A DNA stretch of 64,000 nt from Candidatus Latescibacterota bacterium (GTDB lineage Bacteria; Latescibacterota; UBA2968; UBA8231), in NCBI GenBank assembly GCA_965248265.1, contig CBDFJF010000002.1:4064001-4128000 (forward strand), read 5' to 3'. Both the position numbers and the translations under genes were made by a program. The notes beneath the pieces are model-generated. The model was not told the DNA's origin, did not search any database, and saw only the letters and a program-made list of their open reading frames with translations. This document shows positions 9,238-18,342 of this stretch, in pieces. Within the stretch, counting starts at the first letter, position 1, and every line of letters begins with the position of its first letter.

Positions 9238-9983
9238 TGGCATCGTCCCAAGCGCTCATCCTGGGCGCACGCTCATCCATCGCCCTTGCCCTTGCCCGAG
9301 CACTGGCGGACGCCGGTTGGGATCTGGTTCTGGCCGCTCGACGTGTGGAGGAATTGGAACCCACGGCGGCCGATATCCGGCTGCGCTGCAGCACTCAGGT
9401 CCACCTGCATGAGTTCGATGCCCTCGCCCTCGGGCAGCACGCCTCGCTGCCGCAGACGATTCAGCGGAAAGCCGGTGATTTTGAGCTGGCAATTTCCGTT
9501 TTCGGGTACATGGGGGATCAACTCGCCGTCCGCGGCGATACCTCGGAGATGGAACGGACTCTGGCAACCAACCTCGTGGGAGCGGCCGTCGTGCTCGCAC
9601 ACCTGGCCAACTACCTCGAAACGCGCCCCGGCCCTTGTGGCATCGTCGGGATTTCCTCCGTGGCCGGTGATCGCGGTAGACAGTCCAACTACTTCTATGG
9701 CGCCGCCAAAGCTGGGCTCTCTTCCTACCTACAGGGTCTGCGCAACAGGCTCGCTCGCTCGAACGTCCATGTCCTGACCGTCAAGCCGGGATTCGTCGAC
9801 ACGCCGATGACGGAGGGGATCGAGGGGTTGTTTCTCGTGGCTTCGCCGCAGCGTGTGGCGGACGACATCCTGCGTGCCTACAGGCGACGCCAGAACGTCC
9901 TCTATACTCCCTGGTTCTGGCGCTACATCATGTGGGTGATCCGCCTGGTACCGGAACGCATCTTCAAGAAACTGAAGCTGTGA
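9237..9983 (+). CDS. Short-chain dehydrogenase, DprE2-like
   Basis: 'LILGARSSIA', 'SSVAGDRGRQSNYFYGAAKAG' (YxxxK), 'VKPGFVDTPMT'; TGATG overlap with the upstream oxidase gene. Confidence 0.85.
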   Translation: MASSQALILGARSSIALALARALADAGWDLVLAARRVEELEPTAADIRLRCSTQVHLHEFDALALGQHASLPQTIQRKAGDFELAISVFGYMGDQLAVRGDTSEMERTLATNLVGAAVVLAHLANYLETRPGPCGIVGISSVAGDRGRQSNYFYGAAKAGLSSYLQGLRNRLARSNVHVLTVKPGFVDTPMTEGIEGLFLVASPQRVADDILRAYRRRQNVLYTPWFWRYIMWVIRLVPERIFKKLKL

Positions 9984-12111
9984 TCATTCGCTCCTGCAGT
10001 GCGGTAAAACGGTCGGACACCTCATCGTTTTCGAGCGCACGTGCGATTGCGCGCCGGCTCCCAACCAGAATCAGCAATGCCTTCGCCCTCGTCACCGCCG
10101 TGTAGAGCAAGTTTCGTTGCAGCATCACATAGTGTTGGGTTGACAGCGGCAGGATAACGACGGGGAATTCCGATCCCTGAGACCGATGGATGCTCATGGC
10201 GTAGGCCAGGACCAGTTCATCGAGCTGACCGAGGTCGTACTGGCATCTGAGATGGCCCTCGAACTCCACCTCCAGGAACTCATTCGCCGTGTCCACGGAA
10301 ACCACCCTGCCCAGATCGCCGTTAAAAACGCCCTTGTCGTAGTTGTTGCGAACCTGTAACACCTTGTCCCCCACCCTGAGTTCACTATCGCCGTGGGCGA
10401 GACTGTGCCCGCCTGGGGGCGTCAGACTCTGTTGCAACCTCTTGTTGAGATTCAGAGCCCCGGTCTCGCCCCTGTACATGGGTGTCAGTACTTGAATGTC
10501 ACGAATCGGATCGTAACCCCGTTTGGCTGGCAAGCGGCGGACACACAGATCCTCGACCAGTTGAGCGCACACCGCCGCGTCTTCCTCTTCGATGACGAAG
10601 AAATCGCCTTCCGGTTGGTTCTCGTGCAGCGGCCACTCCCCGTTGATGATGCGGCGGGCACTGAGGGCTATCTGGCTGTTGGGCCCCTGACGATGAATCT
10701 CTCGCAAACGGGCTACGGGCACCGCCCCTGAGTTAATGATATCCCGCATGACGTTTCCCGGCCCCACGGAAGGCAGCTGGTCGGCGTCGCCGACCAAAAT
10801 CAGTCGAGCAGTAGACGGAATGGCATTCAACAGCGCATTCATCAGACTGACATCGATCATGGACGCTTCATCTACTATAACAGCGTCCGTGTCCAGTGGA
10901 TTGCGGCGTTGCCGGCGGAACCGCCCTTCGGCCGGCTGGAATTCAAGCAGCCGGTGTATGGTCCTGGCATCTCGACCGCTGGCTTCCGCCAGGCGCTTGG
11001 CGGCACGGCCGGTGGGCGAACACAGGGCAACCTTGCGCTCGCTCTGCTCCAGCTGAAATACGATTTCGCGAGTTACCGTGGTCTTGCCAGTGCCGGGCCC
11101 CCCAGTGAGGACGAGGACTTTCTGATCCATCGACGCCACCACGGCGGCGCGCTGTTCGTCGTTTAGGAGTGCAATCCCCGCGGATGAGGGGCGGTTCGAC
11201 GACAGCGGCCGGCCCGAGGTTGCTTGTATGCGATGCAACGATCGGGCGATACCGACCTCCGCGCGGTGGAGCCTTGGAAGAAAGTAACGAGAATCCTCGA
11301 GGACCAGCTCCTCACGCCGGCACAAGGCCTTGAGTGCCGGCGGCAACAGCTCCGCCTCGATCCCGAGCAAACCGGCAGCAGCGGTGATGAGCTCGTCGGC
11401 GGGAAGGAACACGTGACCATCCCCGGATGACTGGTCGAGAAGGTAGCGGATCCCGGCTTCGACGCGCTCCGGCGCTTCCTTGGCCACCCCAACACTCGCC
11501 GCGATTCGGTCAGCCGTCAAAAAGCCGACTCCGCGGACCTCTCGTTCGAGCTGAAAGGGATGCTCCTGCACCGTCTGGACCGTACGACCGGCATACCTTT
11601 TCACCAGCTTTACCGCCAGTCCCTGCCCGATCCCGTGCCCCTGGAGGAAGATCATGGCGTCGCGCACCTCGCGTTCTTCTGTCCAGGCCGCCGCAATCAG
11701 ATCGGCCTTCTTCTTGCCCAGACCCGGCACCTGGCGAAGTCTTTGGGGATCCTTTTCTATCACCCGAAGGGTCGCTGTCCCGAACTGCTGAACGATCCGT
11801 TTCGCCGACACAGGGCCTATGCCCTTGATCAACCCGGAGCCCAGGTAACGCTCGATGCCCGCCACCGTAGTAGGAGGAACTTGCCGGCAAGATTCGACGC
11901 GAAACTGACGGCCGTATTTCTGGTGATGCACCCAGGATCCCTGGATTTCCACGGTTTCGCCGACGGAGAGGGTTGGGATGGCGCCGACGATGGTCTTCTC
12001 GTCATCCCCGTCACCCGAGCCCCCGTTCTCCACCTTGAGACTGGCAATCGTGTAGCCGTTCTCGGCGTTGTGATAGGTGACCCGCTCGATCTGGCCCGTT
12101 AGTGTCACCAT
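9964..12111 (-). CDS. recD2: ATP-dependent RecD2-like DNA helicase
   Basis: N-terminal OB 'G.W..H.KYGRQF', HhH 'IKGIGP', Walker A 'GGPGTGKTT', 'DEASM', 'GDADQLPSVGPG', 'AYAMSIHRSQGSEF', 'LYTAVTRAK'. Confidence 0.93.
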   Translation of the reverse strand: MVTLTGQIERVTYHNAENGYTIASLKVENGGSGDGDDEKTIVGAIPTLSVGETVEIQGSWVHHQKYGRQFRVESCRQVPPTTVAGIERYLGSGLIKGIGPVSAKRIVQQFGTATLRVIEKDPQRLRQVPGLGKKKADLIAAAWTEEREVRDAMIFLQGHGIGQGLAVKLVKRYAGRTVQTVQEHPFQLEREVRGVGFLTADRIAASVGVAKEAPERVEAGIRYLLDQSSGDGHVFLPADELITAAAGLLGIEAELLPPALKALCRREELVLEDSRYFLPRLHRAEVGIARSLHRIQATSGRPLSSNRPSSAGIALLNDEQRAAVVASMDQKVLVLTGGPGTGKTTVTREIVFQLEQSERKVALCSPTGRAAKRLAEASGRDARTIHRLLEFQPAEGRFRRQRRNPLDTDAVIVDEASMIDVSLMNALLNAIPSTARLILVGDADQLPSVGPGNVMRDIINSGAVPVARLREIHRQGPNSQIALSARRIINGEWPLHENQPEGDFFVIEEEDAAVCAQLVEDLCVRRLPAKRGYDPIRDIQVLTPMYRGETGALNLNKRLQQSLTPPGGHSLAHGDSELRVGDKVLQVRNNYDKGVFNGDLGRVVSVDTANEFLEVEFEGHLRCQYDLGQLDELVLAYAMSIHRSQGSEFPVVILPLSTQHYVMLQRNLLYTAVTRAKALLILVGSRRAIARALENDEVSDRFTALQERMITASVS

Positions 12112-12130
12112 GGCTGATCTCCTGCCTGCC

Positions 12131-12724
12131 TCAGCGCCATTCAGGATGAAAACAGGGCAAAAGTGCCCCCGAGACCCCTGCCCCGAGCACGCTTCCGGCC
12201 ACCAGTTGCCCAATAGTATGTGCCCCCAGCCTCAGGCGAGCCCAGCTGACCGCTATTGGGGCGAGAACGACCGGCCACACACCCGTACCGCCAGCAACCA
12301 GAAGAATGATCACTCCACCGCCTACACCCACGGCATGGATGCTGATTTTCCAGTGGCGACTGATGACCCACACGAGTGCTCCGCCACAGAGAAATGAAGC
12401 CGCACTCCAGAGCATGACAGAGCCTGCCCCAATAACCTTAAGCGTAATAAATCCAATGAGATATACAATATTTCCAAGAGCCAAAATGCGGGCTCTCATC
12501 TGCGGCCCGGGATCGTATACATCCTCGATCGCCCACGCCGCCTTCACGTGCTTGACGAGAGCCACTGGAATGATCACGAAGATGCCTGCGGCCACGAGTC
12601 CAGCCCTGTGGCCCTCTCCTGTGAGCAGCGGTATCCCCAAGAACACGAGCGTCGCCACACCCGCGGGACTCAACAGGTGGGTTATCAACCGTGGCAGCGA
12701 ACGACCAGGTTGGGGGGATATCAT
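12131..12724 (-). CDS. Membrane protein, PAP2-superfamily phosphatase-like
   Basis: About 6 TM segments; 'KISIHA' and 'SWARLRLGAHTIGQLVAG' resemble PAP2 motifs C2/C3. Confidence 0.6.
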   Translation of the reverse strand: MISPQPGRSLPRLITHLLSPAGVATLVFLGIPLLTGEGHRAGLVAAGIFVIIPVALVKHVKAAWAIEDVYDPGPQMRARILALGNIVYLIGFITLKVIGAGSVMLWSAASFLCGGALVWVISRHWKISIHAVGVGGGVIILLVAGGTGVWPVVLAPIAVSWARLRLGAHTIGQLVAGSVLGAGVSGALLPCFHPEWR

Positions 12725-12826
12725 GACGATGCCTGTTGGCGAGTCATAGCAGAGGTGTACTCCTCAGACTCCATATACATATAGAAAGGTTGAGTCCCCT
12801 GAAAGGGCCGTTTTCACAGAAATTTC

Positions 12827-12854
12827 TAAAGGTATTCCTGAGCCACGTCGATAG
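12827..12854 (+). promoter_or_regulatory. Sigma-28 (FliA) promoter of flagellin
   Basis: TAAA-N16-GTCGATAG versus the consensus TAAA-N15/16-GCCGATAA; in AT-rich DNA about 215 nt upstream of fliC; fliA is present in the window. Confidence 0.7.
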
Positions 12855-13050
12855 AAGGCGTAGAGTTACTAAGCAGTATCGAGTTATATCAGGTAATACT
12901 TTATGAGGCACAGGCAGATTACTTGATATTTCTTCAAATCTTTTAACGGATGGTCTTCGCACGCGGTCACAAGACGGCGACAGGAGATCGAGGGACATAA
13001 CTTGAGTTAAATCACTAGCTTACGGTTCACGGAAGAAGCAGCCAAAGCTG

Positions 13051-13068
13051 AGATACAAGGAGGTATCT
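13051..13068 (+). promoter_or_regulatory. CsrA/RsmA-type site: hairpin with an AAGGAG loop over the flagellin Shine-Dalgarno
   Basis: AGATAC-AAGGAG-GTATCT (6-bp stem, GGA hexaloop) immediately before the ATG. Confidence 0.6.
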
Positions 13069-13069
13069 G

Positions 13070-14233
13070 ATGGCGTTACGGATAAATAACAACATTGCGG
13101 CGATTAATGCCCGCAGACGGATGGGTGCCAATTTCCGGGATCTGAATGTCCGGCTTGAGCGCCTTTCCTCGGGATTGCGGGTAAATCGCGCCGCTGATGA
13201 CGCGGCTGGCCTCTCTGTTAGAGAAGGGATGCGAGCCGAGTTGAGCGGAATGAGGCAAAATGTCCTCAACGCTGAACAGGGCAGCAACCTGCTCCAGGTG
13301 GCCGAGGGGTCCCTGAACGAGATCAGCGCCATGTTGATCCGTATGCGTGAGTTGGCTGTTCAGTCCGCCTCCAGCACTATCAACGATCTCAATAGAGAGT
13401 CGATCCAGTCAGAGTACACCCAGATCATCCAGGAAATCGACCGCATCTCCCTGTCGACAACCTATAACGATCAAGTATTGTTGACCGGGTTCGGCAACAC
13501 CGTCGATACCGCCTCCACGGCCCTCACCCTCAGCAATACCAGTGGCGTCATCGACGTGAAGATCTCGGGCGCGTCCTCCGGCACCTACAACTTCATCGAC
13601 AACGGCAGCGACGCCGAGATTACTCTGGGCAATGGTACGGTTTCCCAGACCATCAATATCGGCCAGATCCTGGACACCGGACTCAACGTCGCCACGGGAA
13701 CTACCGTGGTCGCCAACTTCGACCGCCTGGGTGTCCAGGTGACGCTGTCAGGCAGTGGTGTCACCACGGCCACCGGCAGTTATGTCGACGGCGATCTCAA
13801 CGGCCAGACCGTCATCGTTACGTCAGGAACCGGCGGCTCTTTCCAGGTCGGTCCGGATGACGGCATCAACAACCGTATCGAAGTCACCATCGACGACATG
13901 AGGGCGAGCGGCGCGAGGCTCAACTTGAACACGACCTCGGTCTCCAGCCTGGACTCGTCCCGCAATTCGATCAGCGGTCTTGACCAGGCGATCGACAAGG
14001 TGTCACGTCAGCGAGGTGACCTTGGCGCGTTTATGAACCGACTCGCTTTCACCATCTCCTTCACGGAGAACTCGATCGAGAACATCCAGAACTCGGAATC
14101 CTCGATCAGCGACGCCGACATCGCCACCGAGATCTCGCAGTTCACACGGTCCCAGGTCCTGTCCCAAGCCGCCACGGCCATGCTCGCCCAGGCGAATGTG
14201 ATCCCGCAAACGGCGCTTTCACTCCTGCAGTAA
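13070..14233 (+). CDS. fliC: Flagellin
   Basis: 'MALRINNNIAA', 'LERLSSGLRVNRAADDAAGL', 'RMRELAVQS', 'RGDLGAFMNRL', 'ISDADIA', 'AMLAQAN..PQTALSLLQ'. Confidence 0.97.
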   Translation: MALRINNNIAAINARRRMGANFRDLNVRLERLSSGLRVNRAADDAAGLSVREGMRAELSGMRQNVLNAEQGSNLLQVAEGSLNEISAMLIRMRELAVQSASSTINDLNRESIQSEYTQIIQEIDRISLSTTYNDQVLLTGFGNTVDTASTALTLSNTSGVIDVKISGASSGTYNFIDNGSDAEITLGNGTVSQTINIGQILDTGLNVATGTTVVANFDRLGVQVTLSGSGVTTATGSYVDGDLNGQTVIVTSGTGGSFQVGPDDGINNRIEVTIDDMRASGARLNLNTTSVSSLDSSRNSISGLDQAIDKVSRQRGDLGAFMNRLAFTISFTENSIENIQNSESSISDADIATEISQFTRSQVLSQAATAMLAQANVIPQTALSLLQ

Positions 14234-14285
14234 ACCACTACCCTATACCGCTCGGGGCTCCTCCGGTTACGGAGTCCGAGCGGCC

Positions 14286-14322
14286 CTATACCTACACTAC
14301 ACGACACTATACCTACACTACA
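14286..14322. repeat. Two copies of CTATACCTACACTACA (21-bp period)
   Basis: Copies at 14286-14301 and 14307-14322, between a hairpin (14248-14283) and the terminator. Confidence 0.75.
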
Positions 14323-14326
14323 ACAG

Positions 14327-14359
14327 AAAGGCAGGGCCCGATCGGGCGCCTGCCTTTTT
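14327..14359 (+). terminator. Intrinsic terminator after flagellin (probably bidirectional)
   Basis: AAAGGCAGG-GCCCGATCGGGCG-CCTGCCTTTTT. Confidence 0.75.
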
Positions 14360-14410
14360 GCGTTGGTGATTGCAGGCGTGCCATTGTGTTGTTGGAAACA
14401 CTACGGGCGT

Positions 14411-14483
14411 TCGAAAGCGCTGCGCGCTCGAAAACGCTGCTGCGCTCGAAAACGCTGCTGCGCTCGAAAACGCTGCGCGTTTT
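14411..14483. repeat. About 4 tandem copies of a 17-18-bp unit TCGAAAACGCTGCTGCGC
   Basis: Copies start at 14411, 14428, 14446 and 14464; the last ends in the small hairpin AAAACGC-TGC-GCGTTTT at the PqqD-gene stop codon. Confidence 0.85.
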
Positions 14484-14925
14484 ACGTCCACTTCTTACCG
14501 CTGGCGTCCCCCTTCGAGACCGGCCCGGAGCCGCGCTGCTTTTCTGGCTTGGCCTCGCCGTCGACGAGGAAGCCGACAAAGCGTTTCTGACCCAGCGTCT
14601 TCAAGTACGACAGCAGAGAGACTTCCGCCTCCTTGCGGTCCAGGGTGTAGGTCTTGCCCAGCGACTCGATCATCTGCGCCACCGTGGTTCGACCGTCGCA
14701 CATCTGCCACACCTGAGTCCCTACCTCATCCAGGGTGATCTTGCGCTCCTGGGGAACGTAGAACACCTTCGACAACAACCGCACCTTCCAGGTGTCCTGG
14801 CGAGTAACGGTAATCTGCGTTTCTCCGCGATCGCTCTTAGCCCAACTGAGAAGCTCATTCCTCGCTGGTCGCGAGTTCAACATCGCTTCGCGAGTCAGCT
14901 TGGGCGTTTTCCTGGTGGCAAACAT
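14482..14925 (-). CDS. PqqD-family / RiPP-recognition-element (RRE)-like protein
   Basis: 'ITLDEVGTQVWQMCDGRTTVAQMIESLGKTY..EAEVSLLSYLKTLGQKRFV' matches the PqqD winged-helix signature LN..G..IW...DG..T...I. Confidence 0.85.
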   Translation of the reverse strand: MFATRKTPKLTREAMLNSRPARNELLSWAKSDRGETQITVTRQDTWKVRLLSKVFYVPQERKITLDEVGTQVWQMCDGRTTVAQMIESLGKTYTLDRKEAEVSLLSYLKTLGQKRFVGFLVDGEAKPEKQRGSGPVSKGDASGKKWT

Positions 14926-15868
14926 ATCCCCGGGTCAGGACGTCGCACAGATCGTCCCGCTCGTCCTTTTTTTTGTAGAGGTGATCGACGACGCAGATCT
15001 TGTTCGTTGTCTCACAGTGCCAGACGCGGCCGTCGAGGTACTGACGTGGACGTGGATTGAGAAAAGGTAGGGGCCGCAGGAACTGTCGCCACCGACTGCG
15101 CGGCCGTCCTTCGACAGCAAGGCCCGCGTGATCCTGCACCCTGGTTTCGGTCGTTTCGTAGTTCAAGTCCCGCATTTGCTTCTTGAAAAAACTCCCATGC
15201 CAGGAGGTCAGGTCCGTGCCTTTGAGCAGCTGATTGGCCAGGCTCAGCCGCTGAACCCGGCAAACATGATGCGTCTTTTCGAAGGTCAACTGGATGTTAC
15301 CGGATCTGAGCTGGTGCTCGGACAGAGAGAACTCCTCGGGCACGATGACTTCGAGCCCGTAGACGCACCAGAAAACGGATCCATCGACGGGGTGGTCCTG
15401 CATCGAGCGGAAGATCTCCTCGGCCACGCCCTCCATGTCGTCCTCTTCGGGTTTGCACAACACCCGTAGGAGAACAATTCGGCCGCATTGCTTGCACACC
15501 CGAGCCAGGTTGTAGGCGCGGTAGTCGGCTTCCCACGTGAAGGTCTCGTACTCCTCGCCCTCGAGCCAGCGCTTGTCTTTCAGGAACCGGGCCTGCCGTT
15601 GCACGGAGAATTCGAGCCCGGTCTTCTCAGCCTTCTTTTCCAGGTTGGAGAGGTACTTGGTCACGAGATCTTCGATCGGCAGACGCCGGCGCCGGGCGGG
15701 AGGTGATTCGCGCCATTCGACCTCCAGTCGCACTACAGAAGTGTCGTCCAGACGGACGTAGCCATTCTTATGGTTGCCGTCCACCTTGCCCAAACTCCAC
15801 TCTGCCGGAACGCGCAGGCGGACCCCCTGCCAACCGAAATCTACCCAATCAGTGGATTTGACCTTCAT
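14855..15868 (-). CDS. Hypothetical protein (337 aa) with an internally duplicated beta-rich module
   Basis: ATG 15868 lies 9 nt after the upstream stop; repeats 'FGWQGVRLRVPAEWSL..GYVRL' and 'WCVYGLEVIVPEEFSL..GNIQL'. Confidence 0.7.
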   Translation of the reverse strand: MKVKSTDWVDFGWQGVRLRVPAEWSLGKVDGNHKNGYVRLDDTSVVRLEVEWRESPPARRRRLPIEDLVTKYLSNLEKKAEKTGLEFSVQRQARFLKDKRWLEGEEYETFTWEADYRAYNLARVCKQCGRIVLLRVLCKPEEDDMEGVAEEIFRSMQDHPVDGSVFWCVYGLEVIVPEEFSLSEHQLRSGNIQLTFEKTHHVCRVQRLSLANQLLKGTDLTSWHGSFFKKQMRDLNYETTETRVQDHAGLAVEGRPRSRWRQFLRPLPFLNPRPRQYLDGRVWHCETTNKICVVDHLYKKKDERDDLCDVLTRGYVCHQENAQADSRSDVELATSEE

Positions 15869-15876
15869 GGAGGTGT

Positions 15877-18285
15877 TCAGAATACCAGTACGGAGACGGA
15901 TTTCTGTATGATGGCGATGGCGACCGCGGCCATCCCCATCAGGGCCATGCCGCAGGCAAAGCCGACGGCCAGGATCGGCGCGTATTGCCGCCATTCCTGC
16001 TTGCCGTATTTCTTCCAGAAATAGTATCGCGCCAGCAACGCCCCGATGAACTCCGTGATCATGAAATGCGGTATCGTCGTCAGGGCCCTCACCATTCCGA
16101 ACACGAACAGCAAGGGGAAACCGAGCATGGAGAGGACGATGTAGAGGAGCAATACAACCCCACCTCCGGCGGCCACGGCTTTGGGTTTCCAGGCGCGCAT
16201 CAACCAGGACTCGTCCGTTGACCGCTGGATCCAGGGACTGGTGAAGTTGGGATCGGTGTCCACGGCAAAGTAGTAATGCCAACCGGCCGGCAATGGCGTT
16301 GCGGCATCTGCCCGCAACTGTGGCCTGGCCGTGCGCACAATGCCGACATCGGCGGCTGGCGCCACGGCAACCACCGCTGGACCAGACCACTCCTCATCAT
16401 CTACCGTGCGATTGCTGAGGGCTCCCGGGGGGAGCTCGGGCAGAACCCCAGGATCGCCCTCCCGGGTAAAAGCATAGAACGCCCGCTTTTCCGACCACGG
16501 GCCGGCGTCGCCGCGCTCGCCTTTGGAATCGATCCACTCCTGACTGGCAGAGCGAACCTTCCAGTACCACCAGCTGTCACCCACCAGGTTGGCGGGGGTG
16601 TAGACGACTCCGGCGTCGGTCGTCTCCATCGTGCTCCTGAGCGTCCCTGTAAACCAGATGCAGGTCTGCATCGCCCGCAGCCTCCACATCTGCTGGGCGT
16701 ACGGGTACGAAGCGGAGGGAATCGGCGCCAGCTTCCACAGGTAGGAGGAGTACAGGAACGTGGAAAGGAGCACGATCGGCACCATCATGACCTCAGCCTT
16801 GATGATGCTGGTAAAGCTGGTACCGGTCAGCTCGATCTCGCGAAATTTCTGCGTTTGAGCGCCGTAGTTGTCGATTGGAAATGGCACGAACCAGATATCG
16901 ACGCCCGGGTACCCCGACAGTAAAATGGTCGCTTCCCGCACGTAGGGGATCGCAACGGTCTGTCCGACCATACCCACCAGGCGGGCGGAAACGAAGGACT
17001 GTAACGGGGTAAAAATGAACGCGAAGAACAGGAAGAAATACATAAAGCGACTGATTCCCGGCATCAGCAGCCATGCCATCAGTACCAACCCGCCCATGGC
17101 CACCATGTAGAGGCCGATGGCGATCCATATGGGAAAATCACCGCGCCCCGGCGGCGGCTCCATGCGTGAGCGGCCCTCCCCACCTGCTACCCGTTTTTCC
17201 GCTCTCGCTGTCCGAATGCCCTTGGTCAGCTGATAGATGCCGATGAGGGCGATGGCGAAGGTGGAGCCGATCCCGAAGCTCATCCAGAAATCGACACTGT
17301 TCATGAAAAAGGTGTCGATGGCTCCCATACCTGGCTGCCAGGTCGACAGGATGCCCATCTCGTGCAGGATGGGGTTGGCGATAGTGGCTGCCAGAATGCC
17401 GAAGAAGCCCCCCATAACGCCCCAGAAAGGCATCACCATGCCCGAAAAAATAGGACCCAGGTGGACGGTGAAACCCAGCGGTGTGGCCGGAATGAAGTTG
17501 CCGCTGATCTGCGTGAAATCGACAAACGGGATCGGCAACAGCTGCACCGGTTCGGTCAGAATGGCGCCGGTGATGGCCGGAATTGCAACGTAGAGGGCGC
17601 CGAAAACGAGTCCGATCATGGCGCCGGCCGAAAACACCCTCCAGCGCCAAGACTCCACTCCCTGCGTCGACTCGGCAAGCGCCGTGGCGCCCTGTGCCGC
17701 TACGGGGGCGAATGGAAACGGCAGACGCTCGTAGTCCGAATTGATCCGGAACAGGGTGTAGGCGGCCGAAAACCAGGACATCCGCGAGATCACCATGCTG
17801 GCGACGAGTACGAGGATCGGCACGAACCAGTCGGCGTGCAGGAAGGTCCGGTTGAGCAGGGCCGGAGAGCCCAGCGGCGGCGCCCACCAATCGGGAAAAA
17901 GATTGGCGATTCCGAACTGCGTGGCGGCTGGAGACTGGCGCAGGTACTGATTCCACAGCAGCCCCTCGAAGGCACCGGTTTCGGCGGCGATCAGGCCGGA
18001 AGCGACGTAGAACAACACGTAGACTTCCTGGCGCGACAGGGTCGTGAACGAGCGCTTGGTGATCTCGGCGAAGAGGATGATGGTCACCCACTCGGCCGCG
18101 GCTCCGAGAGAGCCGCCGACCATCAGGCTCAGGTACATGTTGCCGGGAATCATGATGAAGGCGACGAACAACACTCCGACGATCGAGCGGCTGGTGAAGC
18201 CGTCCTCGAAGCGGTCGGGAACCTCCATCAAGCTGCGGTATTCCTCAATCTCCTGATTGGGATTGGATCCTTTACGCCAGAACAA
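15877..18285 (-). CDS. OPT-superfamily-like peptide transporter with an extracytoplasmic insert
   Basis: About 16 hydrophobic segments; 'FEDGFTSRSIVG', 'ERLPFPFAPVAA', 'APIPSASYPYA'; GGAGGGAGG SD before the TTG start. Confidence 0.7.
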   Translation of the reverse strand: MFWRKGSNPNQEIEEYRSLMEVPDRFEDGFTSRSIVGVLFVAFIMIPGNMYLSLMVGGSLGAAAEWVTIILFAEITKRSFTTLSRQEVYVLFYVASGLIAAETGAFEGLLWNQYLRQSPAATQFGIANLFPDWWAPPLGSPALLNRTFLHADWFVPILVLVASMVISRMSWFSAAYTLFRINSDYERLPFPFAPVAAQGATALAESTQGVESWRWRVFSAGAMIGLVFGALYVAIPAITGAILTEPVQLLPIPFVDFTQISGNFIPATPLGFTVHLGPIFSGMVMPFWGVMGGFFGILAATIANPILHEMGILSTWQPGMGAIDTFFMNSVDFWMSFGIGSTFAIALIGIYQLTKGIRTARAEKRVAGGEGRSRMEPPPGRGDFPIWIAIGLYMVAMGGLVLMAWLLMPGISRFMYFFLFFAFIFTPLQSFVSARLVGMVGQTVAIPYVREATILLSGYPGVDIWFVPFPIDNYGAQTQKFREIELTGTSFTSIIKAEVMMVPIVLLSTFLYSSYLWKLAPIPSASYPYAQQMWRLRAMQTCIWFTGTLRSTMETTDAGVVYTPANLVGDSWWYWKVRSASQEWIDSKGERGDAGPWSEKRAFYAFTREGDPGVLPELPPGALSNRTVDDEEWSGPAVVAVAPAADVGIVRTARPQLRADAATPLPAGWHYYFAVDTDPNFTSPWIQRSTDESWLMRAWKPKAVAAGGGVVLLLYIVLSMLGFPLLFVFGMVRALTTIPHFMITEFIGALLARYYFWKKYGKQEWRQYAPILAVGFACGMALMGMAAVAIAIIQKSVSVLVF

Positions 18286-18342
18286 CGGTCTCGTTCCCTC
18301 CCTCCGCGATCAGATCACGGAAAACAATCCTCGGCCGGGTGC

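Noticed and set aside
12725-13069. AT-rich patch as horizontally acquired DNA (also 40400-40660)
   Set aside because: Short, intergenic and explained by promoter and regulatory content; no mobility genes
14411-14483. Possible CRISPR array or repeat-encoded RiPP precursor next to PqqD (ORFs 14313-14579, 14370-14738, 14386-15060)
   Set aside because: Head-to-tail repeat without spacers; the ORFs overlap the PqqD gene or terminator, lack a clear RBS and only reflect the 18-bp period
15869-16390. N-terminal 174 aa of the 511-aa ORF 14855-16390
   Set aside because: Overlaps the transporter gene in another frame; ATG 15868 directly after the transporter stop is the plausible start
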